Below, in pieces: positions 39,608 through 41,781 of a DNA stretch of 41,781 nucleotides. Numbering within the stretch: position 1 is the stretch's first letter; each line of letters opens with the position of its first letter. Both the position numbers and the translations under genes were made by a program. A model generated the notes under the pieces. The model was given only the letters and a program-made list of their open reading frames with translations, made no database searches and was not told the origin of the DNA. Location: the IMG/VR virus record IMGVR_UViG_3300045988_102491, positions 1 through 41,781 of that record; one strand, written 5' to 3'. This stretch comes from a virus.

Positions 39608-40487
39608 TCAAGCTCACCTGCTCCTCTTCTCCCGGCTGGGCAGCGGTCTGGACTTCCTCGGGCGCGTGCTCCGGCTCTTGCTTCTCATGCTTTTCCGGTG
39701 CAGCCATGGACATATCGAAATACTGCTCCACACTGGCCGAGCCGTCCCGAATGGTGTTGTAGACGTTTTTGAGGCGAATAACGCTTTGCTGGGAAAAAGC
39801 CTCTTTCTTGCACCCGATATACGCTTCCAGCATCTCAACTGTCACGCCGTACTGCTCCTGGAAATTCTTCACGAGATGGCGGACCATATCCACAAGGGGC
39901 ATTTTCGCATTCCCGCTAAGGGTCACGTTGCACTGACCGACCGCGGCGTCAACCACATCCCCGGGGATTACAGAAAGGATACATGCACGTTCGCGGCGGG
40001 CCGCCTGATTGGCTACCATCTCATAGATGTCTCTGGAGTCGGTCAAAGGGTGCGCCCCCTTCTTGGTCTCCCGGATATGCTGGACTGTGAAAACCTTCGT
40101 CTCCCGGTAATTGGTCTCCAGATCCCAGCAATAGGCCATAACAGTGGACTCCTTTGCCGTCTGTTCCAAAACCTTGAATCCTGCGTCCACATTGCCCCAT
40201 CCTCTGGCGAGGGTACGGGCCAGATGGATGGACGGGCCGGTGATGACCTGCCCGCCGCGCGGATATTCGTACATGGCCTTTTCTGCAAGGCTCGTGCGCT
40301 GGCAGTCCCGGAGGATTCGGTTATAGGCCGCGACTTCATCGCGCGGAAATCGTTTTGCAGCGATCATAGCTACCTGGACTTCCTGGGCCTCCCGGCTGGC
40401 GGCAATTTCTGCGCCGATGGGACGGGCAACATTCTTCTGACCTTCAAACTCAGCGATAGCCGCTGTATTCTTTGCTTCGTTACTCAT
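39597..40487 (-). CDS. Putative recombination protein (single-strand annealing protein candidate)
   Basis: 296 aa lying between DUF1351-like and MBL genes with an acidic C-terminal tail. The function is inferred mainly from synteny. Confidence 0.4.
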   Translation of the reverse strand: MSNEAKNTAAIAEFEGQKNVARPIGAEIAASREAQEVQVAMIAAKRFPRDEVAAYNRILRDCQRTSLAEKAMYEYPRGGQVITGPSIHLARTLARGWGNVDAGFKVLEQTAKESTVMAYCWDLETNYRETKVFTVQHIRETKKGAHPLTDSRDIYEMVANQAARRERACILSVIPGDVVDAAVGQCNVTLSGNAKMPLVDMVRHLVKNFQEQYGVTVEMLEAYIGCKKEAFSQQSVIRLKNVYNTIRDGSASVEQYFDMSMAAPEKHEKQEPEHAPEEVQTAAQPGEEEQVSLNDL

Positions 40488-41319
40488 AACGGATGCCCTC
40501 CTGAATCAAAAATGCCTTCAATTTTTGGAGCTGCGGCTTCGTGGCCGAAACCGTAAAGGAACAGCGGTAGACCTTTTCCGCCGGCTTCTCCACGCGCTGG
40601 ACCGGCGGCTGGAGCACCGTAGGCGGTGCCACGGCCTCCACACGCTGGACGGCCTGCCGCTGGGCCTCCAGGGCGGCCTTGCGCTCCTCTGCGGCCTTTC
40701 GCTCGGCCTCAACGCGCTGGTGTCGGTCCTGCACGATCCCGATGGCCTGGGCCGCGTCCAGGCAGCGGCGGAACTCCACCATGATTTCCTCCGCGTCCTC
40801 CATGGAGGAGATGACCTCCACGCCACGGGCCACGCCGGTTACAAAGGCGGCGATCTGCTCCCGGAGCCTCTTGGGAGTCTTTGCCTTGGCGGAGGCCATA
40901 TCCACCAGGATACCGGCCCGCTCATATTCCAGCCATTCCACATGCTCCGCGGCGGCCAGCTCCGCGAAATACTCCCGCAGGCTGTCCTCACACGCGACTT
41001 TGATTCCAGTCTCAACACTCTGCACTTTATCGCGTAGTGCTGCATCCGCCTGCTTAAACGGCTCCGTAACGCACTCCTTGTATACAGCCTCGAAATGCTC
41101 CCACGGAGCAAGAGCATCTCTCTTTGCAGCCTTGCGCTGCTCTTCCAGGGCGCCAAAGACATTGTTTAGGTCAGCTCTCGTGGCTTTTACTGCGGTAAGT
41201 GTCTCAGGAGTGCAAACCATGGCCATAGCCTCTGATACTTTGGCTCGAATCTCGTCCTTAACGGATAGCAAGTGCTCCTCGATCACGGGGAGCTGCTTGA
41301 CTTGAATCAACTCACTCAT
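40480..41319 (-). CDS. DUF1351-like phage protein
   Basis: Start placed at M34 (MSELIQVKQLPVIEEHLLSVKDEIRAKV...) after AGGAGGA. The sequence style and synteny match DUF1351 as I recall it. Confidence 0.55.
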   Translation of the reverse strand: MSELIQVKQLPVIEEHLLSVKDEIRAKVSEAMAMVCTPETLTAVKATRADLNNVFGALEEQRKAAKRDALAPWEHFEAVYKECVTEPFKQADAALRDKVQSVETGIKVACEDSLREYFAELAAAEHVEWLEYERAGILVDMASAKAKTPKRLREQIAAFVTGVARGVEVISSMEDAEEIMVEFRRCLDAAQAIGIVQDRHQRVEAERKAAEERKAALEAQRQAVQRVEAVAPPTVLQPPVQRVEKPAEKVYRCSFTVSATKPQLQKLKAFLIQEGIRYE

Positions 41320-41443
41320 AAAAATCCTCCTGACATGCGGGGCACAGTTCCCGCTCTTCTCCATACAGTTCCGCTCCGCACTCCAGGCAGTAGTCCGCCG
41401 GAGGCTCCTGCTGAGCATCGCGGAGCGGATCGAGGCAAATCAC
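41312..41443 (-). CDS. Zinc-ribbon mini-protein (43 aa)
   Basis: GTG start overlaps the upstream stop (GTGA) and lies 8 nt after GGAGG. The sequence is ...YCLECGAELYGEERELCPACQEDFYE. The track ORF extends to 41494. Confidence 0.5.
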   Translation of the reverse strand: MICLDPLRDAQQEPPADYCLECGAELYGEERELCPACQEDFYE

Positions 41444-41562
41444 CGGAACACCTCCAGCGTCACCAGCACGATAAACAGGGTGTACAGTGCCCAAACCAGC
41501 GTGACGGCGGCAAGCACCTTTCCCTCGTAGGTCAGCAGTCCGCCTCTCTTTTTCTTCTTCAT
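41440..41562 (-). CDS. Candidate 40-aa single-TM mini-protein
   Basis: ATGA overlap with the repeat-protein stop. My translation is MKKKKRGGLLTYEGKVLAAVTLVWALYTLFIVLVTLEVFR. It is below the ORF-track cutoff. Confidence 0.45.
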   Translation of the reverse strand: MKKKKRGGLLTYEGKVLAAVTLVWALYTLFIVLVTLEVFR

Positions 41563-41781
41563 GCCTCAGCTCTCCTTCTTCTTAAATATTCACGCATGTA
41601 AGCGTTGTACTTCTCCCGGTTGGCTTCTCGGTAGGCCTTCTGCTGAGCCGCGACCTTCTCCCGGTTGGCTTCATACCAGGCCTTCTTCTGAGCCGCGACC
41701 TTCTCCCGGTTGGCTTCATACCAGGCCTTCTGCTGAGCCGCGACCTTCTCCCGGTTGGCTTCATACCAGGCCTTCTGCTGA
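41559..41781 (-). CDS. C-terminal part of the 15-aa tandem-repeat protein (5' end lies beyond the right window edge and continues from 291..1)
   Basis: The frame was read by hand: ...AQQKAWYEANREKVA AQKKAWYEANREKVA AQQKAYREANREKYNAYMREYLRRRRAEA, with TGA at 41561..41559. The track ORF 41582..41764 is in a different frame. Confidence 0.7.
   Translation of the reverse strand, partial: QQKAWYEANREKVAAQQKAWYEANREKVAAQKKAWYEANREKVAAQQKAYREANREKYNAYMREYLRRRRAEA
41604..41781. repeat. Right-end copies of the 45-bp tandem repeat (one degenerate, one single-substitution variant, one perfect, one perfect but cut 2 nt short)
   Basis: 41604..41648 is degenerate. 41649..41693 has cttctg in place of ctgctg. 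41694..41738 is perfect. 41739..41781 is perfect and is truncated by the window end. Confidence 0.95.

Larger units (their letters stand above)
1..41781. mobile_element. Complete temperate dsDNA phage genome, circularly permuted in this window
   Basis: Integrase, attP-like region, repressor switch, replication/recombination, packaging, virion and lysis modules are all present with no host-like flanks. One minus-strand ORF is split by the window ends inside an identical 45-bp tandem repeat. Confidence 0.85.

Noticed and set aside
41582-41764. Track ORF (60 aa, MKPTGRRSRLSRRPG... repeats) on the minus strand
   Set aside because: It is an alternative frame of the tandem repeat. The AQQKAWYEANREKVA frame is continuous with a proper C-terminus and stop at 41559, with ATGA coupling to the next gene, and with the N-terminal part at 291..1.

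Overview
The window appears to be a complete temperate dsDNA phage genome of about 41.7 kb, circularly permuted. Both window ends fall inside the same 45-bp tandem repeat, which lies within a single minus-strand gene (1..291 plus 41559..41781). No host flanks are present, and an attP-like region sits next to the integrase. That fits an excised or circular form, or a circular assembly, rather than an integrated prophage. Codon and GC style (roughly 55-65% GC over most of the genome), GGAGG ribosome-binding sites, an SLH-like lysin tail and XkdX, XhlA and Hol44-like genes suggest a high-GC Clostridia host; this is inference only.

Layout:
- **Early lytic operon (minus strand).** It starts at a Cro-like gene (2512), runs leftwards through two antirepressor-type genes, crosses the window junction, and continues from 41781 down to 30602. 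It carries DUF1351, a putative annealing protein, an MBL hydrolase, SSB, a DnaD-like initiator with in-gene iterons, a DnaC-like loader and RusA. It also carries three HNH-type endonuclease genes, a chain of Cys-rich mini-proteins, and a radical-SAM / XF1762-type GNAT-like / Lar-like trio. It ends with a DUF5664-like protein, a candidate -1 frameshift gene and a phage sigma factor.
- **AT-rich lysogeny island (2520..4200).** It holds a back-to-back promoter switch with repeated operators, followed by a tyrosine integrase and an attP containing a tRNA 3' fragment.
- **Small minus-strand operon converging on attP (5857..7941).** It encodes a J-domain protein and a protein that shares its C-terminal GFRW/GWRW module.
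- **Late plus-strand operon (8124..29155).** It runs RHH, TerS, TerL, portal, scaffold, capsid and tail fibre, then a three-domain lysin, a 496-aa protein and an 1809-aa protein, then holin and XhlA-like genes. No recognisable tail tube, sheath or classical tape-measure set is present.
- **Terminator-bracketed moron and two cargo genes (29186..30588).**

The most unusual items are the radical-SAM/GNAT-like/Lar-like module, an A_AAA_AAG frameshift candidate, the phage J-domain operon, a low-GC in-frame domain cassette inside the giant virion gene, and the perfectly repeated 15-aa-unit protein spanning the genome junction. All family assignments come from reading the translations by eye. No database search was run.
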